A stretch of 64,000 nucleotides of DNA, from assembly GCA_951406725.2 (NCBI GenBank), contig OX597828.1, positions 61,194,001-61,258,000 of the forward strand, written 5' to 3'. Made by a program: the position numbers and the translations under genes. Shown here piece by piece: positions 38,672 to 52,733 of the stretch (within the stretch, counting starts at the first letter, position 1; each line of letters begins with the position of its first letter). The DNA is from Octopus vulgaris. Its lineage: Eukaryota. The notes under the pieces were generated by a model, which saw only the letters and a list, made by a program, of their open reading frames with translations, did no database searches and had not been told where the DNA came from.

Positions 38672-40904
38672 TGTTATAATTCTCACAGAGGATTATAAAA
38701 TATCTGTTTGGTATACCTACATTGGATTTTCCAAGTGCTCCTATGATAGTGCTGCAGAAGTAATCGTTTAGATTTTATTGATCCCGTTAATTATTATTAT
38801 AGATATGTACATATATGAATGTGCATATGTATGTGGATATGTTCCCACACATATATGTTTTTTGTTATCTCTTCGAACATAATTACTGCAGGTCATTAAT
38901 CTAAATTACTCATTGAAAGAATGATTTACATTTAAAGAACAACAGAAAATAAAATAGAAATACTAAAATTTTTTTTAAATAGTTATGATTTTACCGCGTA
39001 CTTAAAAGGTGTCATGCTATTGTTTTAATATTTCACTAATTAATATGTTTCATTAATTTTATTCTACTAGAACAGGGTTTTAACTAACATATCAAAGTTA
39101 ATTGTTTTAAAGCCCACAAATTTCTTATATTACGCGTTTCTTCAACTTTTTTTTAAATGAATGACTCAAACCAAATATTTGTGCAAACTCTAGATGTTTT
39201 TTTATCTACTGTTCATCATCATTTGTCGAGCTTTCAGATATATAAAACTACTGAACTAATAATAATAGTCACTACCCGCAACCAACCAATAGTTTTACTA
39301 AACAGTAGTAAACCCATGGATCAATGATAGACTAATAGTTACTTACTAAGACTTACATTATAGATTACCTAAATTAACCACTAGACTAACGTTGGTGAAT
39401 GGTGCCTGCTTAGGGCAATTAAATAAAGAGATCTAAAGTTGCAGAGGAGACATTTTCATAGGTTACTCGGTTCAATTAACATATTAAAATACTGACTAAC
39501 CTGCAGTTAATTGATACCTATAACTGCTCTGGGATTAAAAAAAATCTCCTTGATGTATGAAAGAACGTTAACGAAATATGAACAATTGAATGAAAGAATT
39601 AGGATGAATGAGATCTGATAATGGGAGGCGACGGGAGGTGATGCTAAGATGATAGCTACTGCATCTCCAACACTAATGACCTTTGGCAATGACATTTTCG
39701 GGACACAAGCAAGCTAGGAGATCAAAGTAGGCGGAATCGTTATGCCGAACGGGTGACTAGGTGACAGTTAGGTGCTAATCAAATAGGATGTAATAGGGAA
39801 ATATTAATGATCTGTCATCGACACCATGTAATGTGTTATTGCGCTGATCAGCTTGGTCTCAGTTTCCCAGACATCTCTAGTTTGGTTGCTAACTTCAGGA
39901 ATGTCGGCTTTTTCTCAAAGGATCTTTTTAAATACATTTTGGTGATAATCTTGACATTTTCAAATACCCTGTTGCCATCAGAGGACATTTGATAAATGTT
40001 TTATATTCAAAATGCATACTGTTTCTGCTGTGCTTTAAAAGGTGAAAGTTGTTTGTCTGTGGTCTTCCCAAGTAATTTGCTGTAATTTTTTTTTTTGATA
40101 CACTCTCTACCATCCCCATTCCATCATAATAAAACAAAGCAAAACACATGTTATTTTTTAGCTTGTTTAACTATTTTCATTCTACTTAATATCTCTTCTC
40201 TTATTTGTCCGTTATGTTTCTGACTCCAGCATTCCATTTTCTGCAACCAGTTGTTTTTCTAAAGAAATTAAACTCCAGAGCGAACCTTAAAAAAACAATC
40301 GCATCAAATACGTTTTTCCACGCTTCAAACCATTTCTACTACTGCTTAAAACTTTTTCTTCGGTCAATGTCTACTAAACAAAACAAATGTGCTTCAATAT
40401 TAACTGTCAATTATGTATATATGGTCATTTTCACATACCACCCTTCCTTTTTATATCAGACCTAATTTGATCTTTATGATTTAAGAACAATTTCATCCTA
40501 ATCCTAAACTTACGAAAAGGCATTCTTGAAATGAAACTAAATATATACACATATGACACTAACTATATTAACGTACGCTTTATTAGTGTTATTGTGATTA
40601 TATATAAAAAAAAAGGATCACAGGTTTATCCCGAGCCAGGGCCGGTTTCCTGGACTCTATGGCGTTTATAAAATTGGATATAGAATCACAGTGTTTTTTC
40701 CTACCATATCTTTATGGATATACCAAACCATATCCAGCTGCACCACTTAAACCTGCTACATCACTAATGAATACTCACTTTAAAACACACGCTCCCGCAA
40801 TAACATATGCACAAACACTCACACACATATACAAAGACACATACGCATACATACAAACACACATACATACACACAGAAACACACACACACACACAGAATA
40901 TACT

Positions 40905-41023
40905 CGTATATTCTTTTTTTCTTTTTTACTTGTTTCAGTCATTTGACTGCGGCAGTGCTAGAGCACCGCCTTTTCGTCGAACAAATCGACCCCAGGACTT
41001 ATTCTTTGTAAGCCTAGTACTTA
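40905..41023 (-). mobile_element. SINE family A 3' fragment
   Basis: CTTGTTTCAGTCATTTGACTGCGG..CCCAGGACTTATTCTTTGTAAGCCTAGTACTTA. Confidence 0.85.
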
Positions 41024-41277
41024 TATTAAATATTGTTATCTGTGGAGTAGTATCTGTAGTAAAAAGGAATGAGCTGTCTTTGGCTGCTATTTCTAAATTT
41101 TCGGTATGCGGTGAAACAACTTGTTGCTTAACCCTTAATTATATATATATATAAAAAAACTTTTTGTAAAAGTTTCTACCGATAATGGTTCTCTTTCCAT
41201 ACCGAAACTACTTGGTAAAATTTATTAATTATTAAATTAATAATTCTTTATCCTATATCTGTAATATATATCCGATG

Positions 41278-41347
41278 GCCGGATAACTGAAGAGATGGTG
41301 TCGTGGATTTCCACCTCGGCATCGGAAACTCGGAGTTTTATCTTGGC
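41278..41347 (+). ncRNA. Type I hammerhead ribozyme motif
   Basis: GCCGGATAA CTGAAGA GATGGTG..GTGGATTTCCAC..CGGCATC G GAAA CTCGGAG TT TTATCTTGGC. Stems I, II and III all pair; triplet GUU; one extra G before GAAA. Confidence 0.75.
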
Positions 41348-41428
41348 TACCGAATAATTGTCACATATTACATTTACACACACAAACACAGACACACACA
41401 TACACACACACAGACACACACACACACA

Positions 41429-41546
<118 letters not shown>

Positions 41547-41769
41547 CATACAGAAACACAAGTAACTTGATTTATATATATGAACATCAGTATGAGGATT
41601 TGCTAAACCTTTTACTAATAGCTGTTGACTAGCAGTATGTCCGGAGACACTTATCTATTGGTGAAATCAATTTTGGAGATGCTTTGCCCCACGCTAGAAC
41701 TGCAGGGCCTATTGGGAGGTATTACAAGCTATTAATCTGAATCCAGACAATGTCAGAATCCCTTTCGTA

Positions 41770-41930
41770 TCTTTTCTACTCTAGGCACAAAGCCCGTAAT
41801 ATTTTTTTTTTTGTGGGGGGGCAGTCGATTAAACCGATCCAGGTACACAACTGGTACTTAATTTATCGACCCCGAAAAGATGAAAGGCAAAGTCGATCTC
41901 GGCAGAATTTGAACTCAGGACGTAAAGATA
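41770..41930 (-). mobile_element. SINE family C fragment
   Basis: GGTACTTAATTTATCGACCCCGAAAAGATGAAAGGCAAAGTCGATCTCGGCAGAATTTGAACTCAG. Confidence 0.8.
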
Positions 41931-42971
41931 GGGCAGCAACGATTGAATTAGTCTAAGCCTGTGGAAGTGTTCCAACTGCGGTCTCTTGTGAACCACAGCG
42001 ACTTTGAAATAGTTTCAGCTTCCATAACTTTCTTCTTGGTGGCTTTTTTCAGTTACACCCGTTCTGACTGGGAAGTTGTAGCTGTAGATTTCAACAGGAA
42101 ATGAGTCCCCTGCAATGCTTGTCAACAAAGTCCTGATATTTGGTTTGTTTAGCTAATGAGAAATATAGAATCTTTCTTTCCAGCGCGCTACAAGATCAAA
42201 CACAACGGTAGCTTTTGCACTCCTAGAGAGCATGATCATATCTGGATGGAGGGATGTTACCACAAACTCCTCCGGAAGGCTAGTCTGCCATTCAGATATA
42301 ACCACTGTCCTCAGCTTGAGGCTTCCTGCCTCCGACTGAGACCAGCAAAGGAGAAAACGGATCCCCTACAGTTGTTTTCGTCAGAGGAGCCTAGTTACAT
42401 ACACCGCCGATAGTTGTTGCAGACAAACAACGGCAGTAATTTTATCCAGCTGAATACACGTCATTGATTGGTTGAAATTACCGAAATACAAGAACTTTAA
42501 TGTGAAATAACTTCGTAAATATAAGCTTTTCTCAAAAATGCTAAGAGTAAAACATTCTACCAGTGTCCGAAGTTTGAAAGCGTTTAGTTACAAAAAATAG
42601 TACCGCAGAAAGAGAACTGCAATTTGTTATACAGGAGTGAAAAATTCATTACAGAATTATTAATTTAATAATTAATAAATTTTACCAAGTAGTTTCGGTA
42701 TGGAAAGAGAACCATTATCGGTAGAAACTTTTACAAAAAAGTTTTTTTTATATATAAATATAATTAAGGGTTAAGCAACAAGTTGCTTCACCGCATACCG
42801 AAAATTTAGAAATAGCAGCCAAAGACAGCTCATTCCTTTTTACTACAGATACTACTCCACAGATAACAATATTTAATATAAGTACTATATATATATATAT
42901 ACACACATGTATGAAACAATGTATGAAAGAATTGCTTAGGTGGTGGGTTTCACAGGTTGGGTCAGCTATCT

Positions 42972-43029
<58 letters not shown>

Positions 43030-43036
<7 letters not shown>

Positions 43037-43750
43037 AATTATAAAAACACAACCAATAGAACTATTTAAGTAACTGAAATATCACATGCTTCTTTCGCAA
43101 TTTAAGTAATCACATATATACCGGGAATTTTCTTTAATACAATGGACAAACATTCTTTCCTCTTGTAGATATAGTAATGTATTCAATAGACACATCGTAA
43201 AATTTGCTTATTCCTCTACGCCTAATTTAGCTATAGTGGTTATTGAAAATAAGAAACTGAACACTATTAAGAATATTGAGTGTACGTTTATTCAATAAGG
43301 TTGTGTAGATCAACTTTGGCTTGTTACAATTAATATACACCTATCTGTTACAAAATCGGAGATTCTAATTATATGGTATCCGCTCTTGGCAATGACATTA
43401 ATAATAGAGTTAATATGACCTGTTATGATAATGCGCACAATAGAAAGAGCAACTGTAGGAAACGTGGTAAATACCCTTCAAAAACAATGTTTAATGAATA
43501 ATTTAATACATAACTGCTCTGTCAAAATACATGGGAATATCCAATAATACATAGGGGCTATTGCGTCAAAAGTGAAATTCAGATTACATGGCCATGTTCC
43601 TTCATTTAAATGCGTAAGAAAGAAAACTGAACTTCACTCGCTAAAGTTCATTTGGAATCTTAAGAGGAGGAATGTAGACTACTCTATTTTATGGTCTATT
43701 TTAAATAATGTTCTTCCAGACCAAATTTAATCAATGAGGTTAATGAGTTA
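43030..43750 (+). mobile_element. Decayed PLE 3' portion (GIY-YIG)
   Basis: RYSNVFNRHIVKFAYSSTPNL (~43167-43230) and NCSVKIHGNIQ*YIGAIASKVKFRLHGHVPSFK..KFIWNLK (~43512-43665). Confidence 0.75.
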
Positions 43751-44600
43751 TTACTCCGTGTTTCACACTTTATAGAATTTTCTAAAAGTTATCACATACA
43801 AATCCTAGTTAAACTACTTACCTTGGTTGAAGTAAGAATGATACTTGGTCTCTTCTTATGGATTTTTCTTCCACCTCCCTTAATAATTTCTTATGTAGCA
43901 TACTAAGTACTCATTCCTTAAGTAATAATTTATCTAAACTTTTACACTTAATTTAATTCTAGTATGCTCTAGTAAACTTAATATCTAGAAGTGATTATAG
44001 AGGTGGGCGATAATTTATGCACATTCATTAGTACGAACACGCCTCCACCCTTTCTTCGTGTAGTTACTTGCAAATCTCTTCTTTATTAATTTATCTGCAT
44101 ACTGCGCTTCCATTACTACTGTTTTTATAATTACAGTAGTAAATACTTAGTAGTGAATTTCGTTTTACTCTGTTCACTGTCCTAATATTTAAATTTGATG
44201 AAGTCTTGATCTATCAGAGTCTGTTGTATTGGCAACTTCATATTAAATCAAACAATGTAATTTGACATGTCTTTCATCTACAATCTCCATCTACTGATTT
44301 CACTTCATACGTCTATAATTCTGATAATATGCAACTTCATTTCCACCACAACATATATTGGAAGTTCTAAAAAATCTACCATAATAACTTTGATGAAAAA
44401 CGTGGGGGTGGGGGTGGTAAATCGTTTCATAAGGTAATTATTGTATGTATTTACGCAAATTTATAAGTACAAATCAATGTGTATGGTGAGGAACTAGTTA
44501 CTCTAGCGATTCGAAATGGCTGTAACCTTGAATAAAATTATGCAACAAAACCGTCTTCATTTTTCCGTATATATATGTTTTTTTTTATCCTTACATTGGA

Positions 44601-46745
44601 TGTATAATATAACGAAGCAGGGGTGAAAAAAGTATATACACGACACACTACTATTACTATTGCACGAGACTTGACGCTCTATATCAAAGGCTCAATGTCT
44701 TACCAGCCCGAACTGCCAATCGCTCACAGTTTTAATTTATAACAATGAGTCAGTCCACCTTTAGTCACTTGAGGTGGGAGGGGCTCGGAATTCTTCCACA
44801 AAATCTTCCCTTTTTGGAATCAGTCTCCTCTTTTGAGAATTGAACTCCGCTCCGAGTTTAAATATCTCTTACGCTTATGGCTCAATTCCAGTGTTTCCAT
44901 TCTTTTCCGTTTTCTGGTGATAGTTCCAAATTGCTTGGGTCTTGGTACCTCAAACGTGTCGTACAACACTTCATAGAGATTTCATTTCTCGCGACAGATT
45001 TTTCCATGAATCTTTTCTTTAGCTGGTTAATATGTCTTTTGTATTGGACATTTCCCCCTTTACCAGGAATATCATTCTTCCAATTTGTTTAATTATTTCA
45101 CCGTCCTCCAAACTTTCTTTACCATCTCGATAGGTTTTAAAAACAATTTATCACCTAACTTGAAGAATTTTGAAATATTTTTGTTGTTAGCCTTTTTATA
45201 TTTTCATTCGGTATCGGCATATCAAAGACGGATCTGACATTTGTAGCAAAGATCAATTCTGCGGGTGACATTCCCAACAATGTATTCGGATTAGGTGTTC
45301 CTCGGTACACTCTTAGAAATTGTTGAAGTGCAAAATCGTCCATCACTTCATTGTTGCTTTTTTCAACGCCCTCTTGAAAGTGTCAATAAAACGATCCGCT
45401 TGACCATTTGACCTAGGATGATAGGGCGGAGTGGCGGCATGTTCGATGACGAAAATTTCGCAAAATTTGCTGAACTCTTCTGACATGAACTGAGTTCCAT
45501 TATCCGACACAATGGTATCCAGAATACCATACCTGGCGAACAATTCGTGTAAAATGCTTAATGTAACCGCAAATGTTACATTTATACACTTCCGATCACT
45601 TTGAAAAACTATCCACCACAACAGGTAATACGAACCCTTAAGTGGACCTGCGTAATCAATATACAATCTGGTCCATGGAATATCTGTTTTTGGCCACCGT
45701 TGCCATTTAGTAGCAGGTGATTTTGCAGCTAGGCCACAACCTTTGCATGATTTCAAAGCTTCTTCAATGTCACGGTTCATTGTTGGCCAATATCCGTAAC
45801 TTCTCATTAATGATTTTATTCTCAAAATCTTTGGGTGACTAATATGAAATTCCTTTAATAATCGCTTTTGTAGTGTGGTTGGCACTACGACTCTTTGTGC
45901 ATACATTAACACATTGTCACACAGTGAGAAATGGTTCGCATTTGTGTTACGCATAGTTTTATCTCTTTTAGCCTCAGTATTTCTTTCGTTTTTATAATGA
46001 ATTTGCCGTTTTCCGATTTTACTTTTATGTCTTGTAAAGTGGTAGTTCACGAATAACGTTACACAAAACATTTTTTATTTCCTTTTCCGCTCGCCAAGTG
46101 GCAATCACGGTATCTTCAAATTGTTCCGCACTTTTCGAAATCAGTCTTGATAGACAATCCACATGACCTAGTTTCTTGGATGGTATATACTCCATTTTGA
46201 AATCATAGTTTAATAATGTCGTACCCCAGTGGTTCGTTTGTATTTTTTGTTTACGTGATCTTTTTGTATTTTTTGTTTACGTGATCTTTTCTGTTGAACA
46301 ATTTTTTTAGGTTCTGTCATACAATGCGACTTTTTATGATCTATTTTACCACACTTATAGTATTTTATATTTTTAAACGGACAGTTATTTTTAAAATGTA
46401 GACCACCGTACAACATGGATTCGATCTTGATATTTTTTTGTCTATTTTCTTATTCGTTACTAGTCGACACGCTTGAATCTTAGAATAATCTTTCTCTTCA
46501 ATTTCATTTGCGTCATATAGTAGACTAATAATCCGCTGACATTATTCTGTTAAATTTTGGTCCTGTTCTAATCTTTTTAATGTCAGGGAACATATATCTG
46601 CATGTTTGCTTGCAGTAAGCCCTTGAACAAAAATTAAAGACTTGAACATGTCCGGGGTCAACTCATTCAATTTGAATTTCTCACACTCTCTGTTAACCAC
46701 TCCGGCATAGGTGGAGAAATTTTCATCAGCTTTTTTGACCAAAGG
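44601..46745 (-). mobile_element. Internally deleted Gypsy (Mag-like) LTR retrotransposon: gag fragment, integrase, PPT and probable 3' LTR (44601-44800)
   Basis: Gag YAGVVNRECEKFKL..FVQGL with degenerate knuckles (GGLHFKNNCP, KCGKIDHKKSHC). Integrase H..H..CKGC, IDYAGP, VSDNGTQF, PYHPRSNGQADRF. PPT AAAAAGGGAAGA, then a ~200-bp TG..CA segment. PR and RT missing. Confidence 0.85.
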
Positions 46746-46965
46746 GAACCTCTTTCACTGTCCGCGCAACCGATGTCATCTAAGAGAAAGGCAAAGGCTT
46801 GAGACCGGTGGCGTCACAACTCATTTCTACAGGCGAGTGAACTGGAGCAACGTGAAATAAAGTGTCTTGCTCAAGAACAAAACACACAGTCTGGTAAGGG
46901 TGTCGAACTCACTCCCTCAAGATTGAGAGCACGACGCTCGAACCACTGAGCTATGTGCCTTCACA
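46745..46965 (-). mobile_element. tRNA-derived SINE family B (head)
   Basis: GAACTGGAGCAACGTGAAATAAAGTGTCTTGCTCAAG..TCGAAC..AACCACTGAGCTA. Confidence 0.7.
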
Positions 46966-46995
46966 CATACGCACACACGCACGCACACTGATATT

Positions 46996-47140
46996 TGGCT
47001 GTGTGGTAAGAAGCTTGCTTCCTAACCACATGGTTCCGGGTTCAGTCTCACTGCGTGGAACCTTGCGCAAATACCTTCACCATGGGCCGACAAAAGCCTT
47101 GTGAATGGATTTGATAGACGGAAACGGAAAGAAGCCAGTC
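46996..47140 (+). mobile_element. SINE family A 5' half
   Basis: TGGCTGTGTGGTAAGAAGCTTGCTT..GGTTCAGTC..GACGGAAAC. Confidence 0.85.
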
Positions 47141-47555
47141 GTGGTTTAGTGGTTGAGATATTGGCTCACCATCGTAAAGTCATGAGTTCAATTCCCGGAG
47201 ACACGTTGTGTCCTTCAGCAAAAAACTTTATTTTCACGTTACTCCAGTCCGCTCAGCTGGCAAAACTGAGTAGTATCTGTATTTCAAAGGGCCAGCCTTG
47301 TCCCACTCTGTGTCGCACCGAATCTCCCTGAGAAGTACGTTAAGGTTACACGTGTCTGTTGAGTGTTCAGCAACTTGCACGTTAATTTCACGAGCAGGAG
47401 TGGCTGTGTGGTAAGTAGCTTGCTCACCAACCACATGGTTCCTGGTTCAGTCCCACTGTATGGCACCTTGGGCAAGTGACTACTACTATAGCCTTGGGCC
47501 GACCGAAGCCTTATGAGGGGATTTGGTAGACGGAAACTGAAAGAAGCCCGTCGTA

Positions 47556-47592
<37 letters not shown>

Positions 47593-47795
47593 ACATGTAT
47601 GTATAAAGGGAGCGATCGAATAAGTAATAGGCTGACAAAGAATAAGTCCTGGGGTCGATTTGTTCGACTAAAGGCGGTGCTCCAGCATGGCCGCAGTCAA
47701 ATGACGGAAACAAGTAAAAGAATAAAAGAGCAAACTGTTCTGTTAATCGTACCAGCTGGGAACCTCGTCGTGGTAACCGATGGAGTGCTCTTCAT
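47141..47795 (+). mobile_element. SINE family B with a nested SINE A (47397-47727)
   Basis: A box GTGGTTTAGTGG, B box GAGTTCAATTCC. The body ends ..TTTCACGAGCA and resumes GAGCAAACTGTTC after SINE A (apparent TSD GAGCA). Confidence 0.85.
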
Positions 47796-47797
47796 AA

Positions 47798-47865
<68 letters not shown>

Positions 47866-47989
47866 TTATGTATGTATATATATATATGCATGTATATATA
47901 TTAACCTTTAAAGGTATTTTAATATGCTGCCACTTTTTGATGAAATTTTTTTCTGTAAAAAAACTTCATCCTATATATTAGTAGTAGTA

Positions 47990-48027
<38 letters not shown>

Positions 48028-48409
48028 TACTACTACTAATATATAGGATGAATTTTTTTTACAGAAAAAAAATTCATCAAAAAGTGGCAGCATATTAAAA
48101 TACCTTTAAAGGTTAATATATATACATATATATATATTTATGAAGAGCACTCCATCGGTTACCACGACGAGGTTCCCAGCTGGTACGATTAACAGAACAG
48201 TCTGCTCTTTTATTCTTTTACTTGTTTCCGTCATTTGACTGCGGCCATGCTGGAGCACCGCCTTTAGTCGAACAAATCGACCCCAGGACTTATTCTTTGT
48301 CAGCCTATTACTTATTCGATCGCTCCCTTTTTGCCGAACCGCTAAGTTACGGGGACGTAAACACACCAGCATCGGGGGACAAACACAGACACAAACATAT
48401 TCACACATG

Positions 48410-48445
<36 letters not shown>

Positions 48446-48589
48446 TATGACGGGCTTCTTTCAGTTTCCGTCTACCAAATCCCCTCATAAGGCTTCGGTC
48501 GGCCCAAGGCTATAGTAGAAGTCACTTGCCCAAGGTGCCATACAGTGGGACTGAACCAGGAACCATGTGGTTGGTGAGCAAGCTACTTA
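47412..48589. repeat. ~1.2-kb palindrome centred on (TA)n at 47991-48026
   Basis: Both arms contain SINE A, the SINE B tail and unique AT-rich DNA, and share private variants (CCCCTCATAAGG, GCTGACAAAG, GACGGAAACAAG, GTCAC). The left arm lacks ~80 bp. Confidence 0.95.
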
Positions 48590-48621
48590 TATATATATAT
48601 AAGTGGTTGGTGAGCAAGCTA

Positions 48622-48663
<42 letters not shown>

Positions 48664-48668
<5 letters not shown>

Positions 48669-50312
48669 AGGTCTATATCGTGATGATTGTTTACTTTACC
48701 TTCAAAATGTTTCCAACCAGAAGGCACAAAAAGTTAAGAATAGTTTAGTTAAATTTTTCCGTAGAATGGGCTTAAGCATCGTTTTTGATGATGATATGAC
48801 GAAGGCCAACTTTTTAGACATTACGCTTAACTTACATAATAACTCTTACTTCCCATTCCATAAACCTTCGACCAATCTTAAGTATATTAGCAAATTTAGT
48901 AATCATTCTAGGGCAATTACTAGGAACTTAGTTAAGAATATTTCGTTTAGATTGTCTAAGTTATCTGCTAATGTTGACATTTTCAATGATAACGCTGAAT
49001 TTTATAACTCTGCTTTACTTAAAGCAGGCTATACAGAGAAAATTATCTACATTGATTCTATTCAGTCTTATTCTAACTTCAATAATGTAGATATGAAATC
49101 TAATTGTAAAGGAATTAACGATAACAATTTTAATTTATGCACCAATACAAAACGGAGGAACGGAGATAACCCTTATTTAATCCCCTATTATCATTCTAAA
49201 GGTAAATCTAAGGCTCTCAAAAATAATTACACTAAAAATAAGATAAATAGTAGTAAAACTGTTTGGCTAATTATTCCATACGGTTGCAAATTAAATCTAA
49301 TCTTCCATTGCAGTTTCATGAAGCTATTTTTAGGAATTTTCCAAAGAATTCTAGGTATTACTCTATTATCAACTCACGTACGGTTAGGATTGGTTTTTCC
49401 AACACAAAAAAATCTCTTACAAATTATCTCTTCACATAATAACAACCTGTTAAATACTAATATATTTACTAATACTAACATTAATTTAGCTAATATCATC
49501 CGACCCTATACAAATATTAATAACAAGGTTTTTGTATCTGAAGTCAATTCCAACAGAATTAAGTTTACGTCAAGTAACTCTAAAATTAAAAATTCTATAT
49601 ACCAGTGTAAAATTACTACTCTTAATAAAGTACAATTTTACATTGGAAGCACATCGTTACAGTTATCTAAAAGAATTTCTATCCATTACTCAACATTTAG
49701 GGATAGGAATAAACATAACAGTACAGGGCTCAGTAAATTAATTTGGGATCTAAAAGACCACAATAAACAGTTTAATTTAAAATGGTTGATTCTCTCAGTC
49801 TCGATACCTTATGACAAAGGCAAGGAATTCTGTCTCCTCTGTAATTCTGAGTTATTTTTCATCATTTTTTTCTAAAAATCCCCTAGTAAACACGGTTATA
49901 GAGCCTGCATACCGATGTAAACATTGGCAAAAACACACCTTTAGTTCATAAAAGTGATCTCTATCATTATATATAATTTAAGCATTAATTTTCTTTTTAT
50001 ATTTCACATTCACTAAAAATATATATTTTCCTAGTATATAAGGTTCTATTTAATATAGATATAGTCATATACTTCTCATTTATTTAGTTTTTCTATAATT
50101 TATCCCTCCTCTTTCTATAGGCTACCTCTGATATTATATCATATAACGTTTTTTTAAACAATATTAATAGCATTCAGTTAATCACTATACATATCCATCA
50201 TTTTCCGTTAAAATGTCTCATTGGCGAGTTTCATTTCTTCACTTGCCTGAAGAGAAGATTACATTGTTTTACACCATTTTATTCCTTCGGAATATCAGTG
50301 ATATCTTCGAAA
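48664..50312 (+). mobile_element. 5'-truncated Penelope-like element with 3' pLTR and partial HHR
   Basis: GGLYRDDCL, ANFLDITL, PFHKPSTNLKYISKFSNH, GIY-YIG NSIYQCKI..FYIGSTS..RISIH..STGLSKLIWDLKD..CLLC. Downstream CTGAAGA GAAGAT..ATCTTC GAAA at 50247-50312. Confidence 0.92.
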
Positions 50313-50357
50313 TAAAAGAAGTAAAAGAATTTGAATTACACCTGCGTTAAACTCCAT

Positions 50358-50760
50358 TTATTTACTCTTTTACTTGTTTCAGTCATTTGACTGCGGCCAT
50401 GCTGGAGCACCACCTTTAGTCGAGCAAATCGACCCCGGGACTTATTCTTTGTAAGCCCAGTACTTATTCTATCGGTCTCTTTTGCCCAACCGCTAAGTGA
50501 CGGGGACGTAAACACACCAGCATCGGTTGTCAAGCAATGCTAGGGGGACAAACACAGACACACAAACATATGCACACACACTTATATGTATATACATATA
50601 TACGACAGGCTTCCTTCAGTTTCCGTCTACCAAATCCACTCACAAGGCATTGGTCAGCCCGAGGCTATAGCAGAAGACACTTGCCCAAGATGCCACGCAG
50701 TGGGACTGAACCCGGAACCATGTGGTTGGTTAGCAAGCTACACAGCCACTCCTGCGCCTA
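50358..50760 (-). mobile_element. SINE family A, full length
   Basis: Reverse complement from tail to head CACAGCCACTCCTGCGCCT. Confidence 0.92.
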
Positions 50761-51675
50761 TTTATTTATATATTATACAAAAATTTCACGTAAACCCGAA
50801 GTTTACGTGAAATGGAGGTTGTCAGGGTTTGAATAAAAGCTGTTTATCTAGCGCATTCATCCCTTCGATGGATTTATCATAAATAATTTTTTGGGAAAAA
50901 AATCATACATCTTATATATATGTGAATTAGCTGAAAAATAATCAGTCAGAATTTATTTTATTGGGTTTTGCAAAGATGATATTTTGGGAGTGATTGGAAT
51001 ATTCTTTATTTCGAATCCATATGTATAATGGGATAAATTTTGACAACCATTTGTGTGTGTCTATTCATATTTACGTACATATGCATGTATGCATGTATAT
51101 ACGTATGTATGTACTTATGTATGTGCATAGGGTCATTCTTAGTTTTGCTAATTTAGTCAACAAAGCTTCATTGATGATGCATAAAATTACCAAAACATGC
51201 AACCCGGCTTGAAAGAACAGAATTCCTTCAATCTGCATTATCAATATTGTCTAAATAGTTTCGATATACAGATCTTACTAGAGTAATTTTTGATGCTTGT
51301 GTTTGGGGTTCAAACATTCTTAGAAGGAGGCTTTGTCTTGTAATTATTTGGTTAATGTTTGTTGCTTAATTCTTTCATCTTTGCCACTACTGTGTTTGGA
51401 CTGTTCTCGAGCAAATTTTAGTTTATAAACTGTTAACTATTACAACAACAATAAGTAGAGCATTCTGTATGGACATAACTTGCTGAATAATCAGTGTATT
51501 GTTACACAATACTGAATTGTCTACGTTCACCGTATTTGCATACAGATAAACAGATATAAATACTGGCTAAAAACGCATTAACATTGTATTATACACACAT
51601 AAACTACTGTGTATGAATAAAATCTTTGTGCACACATATTCTTGCGCAAACATATTTTCCTACAAACATGCATAC

Positions 51676-51858
<183 letters not shown>

Positions 51859-52300
51859 ATCTAGTCGACGGGGCCTTTGTCAAGGGATGGCATGCCGCAT
51901 CTTTTTAGCTTGACCGGTGTGCTATTTCCTACAGAAGATAGGTCTGGAAACCAGACAACTGAAGAAAGCTACCAAAGAGATAGACGCGGTAACTGAACAA
52001 GCCCAAGGTGACTATGGTTATAAGATACTGCAAATGGAACTTTTCCGCAGGTAAAAATCAGTTCAATCCTCGTGGGGCCACTCAGGCGAAGCGTAGAGGC
52101 TTAGAGGAGAAACACTTGTGACTTTGCTGTACCTACTAACGAAACAGAAGGGTTTCTAGCAATACGATGAATGTAAAGAAGTTTGCGAAACCTCTGAGTA
52201 GGTCCTGCTGTTTTTGTAAGGGGCATAAATATACTTCAGCAATGTAACGTGGTCCGTTGGCAATTTCTTCTTCTCCTTCTTTGGATTTTTCCCTTTCTCC

Positions 52301-52333
52301 TTTCCGACGAAGAGCTATGCTCGGAATGTTAAA
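52301..52333 (+). ncRNA. Degenerate minimal HHR-like motif (CCGACGA core) in a dispersed repeat
   Basis: TTT CCGACGA AGAGC-TAT-GCTC GGAA TG TT AAA; same repeat family as 57369-57403. Confidence 0.5.
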
Positions 52334-52450
52334 CCCTCTCCATTCACCGAATGTCAAGCTAATATACTTCTTGTGTACGTCCTAACGTTCGTCGTTTTTC
52401 TTCTGTTTTTCGTTTTCTATCAGTGTGTTTGAATTGTTCATATGAGTTGA

Positions 52451-52569
<119 letters not shown>

Positions 52570-52692
52570 ATCTAGCTAATGAACTTGCTTACATAATTCC
52601 TGTTCCCTTCATATTACGCTCTGTACTTGCTTAACACTTGTTCTGAAACACAAGTATTTGATTTCTATATCTAAGCAAAATCTACATACACA

Positions 52693-52730
<38 letters not shown>

Positions 52731-52733
<3 letters not shown>

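Noticed and set aside
39180-40600. Possible minus-strand PLE RT remnant
   Set aside because: Only faint motif echoes (NDSA, GDA); not enough to annotate.
44475-44530. HHR-like motif downstream of the 43-kb PLE
   Set aside because: The core reads ATGGTGA and stem I is out of register; plausibly a decayed HHR but not supportable.
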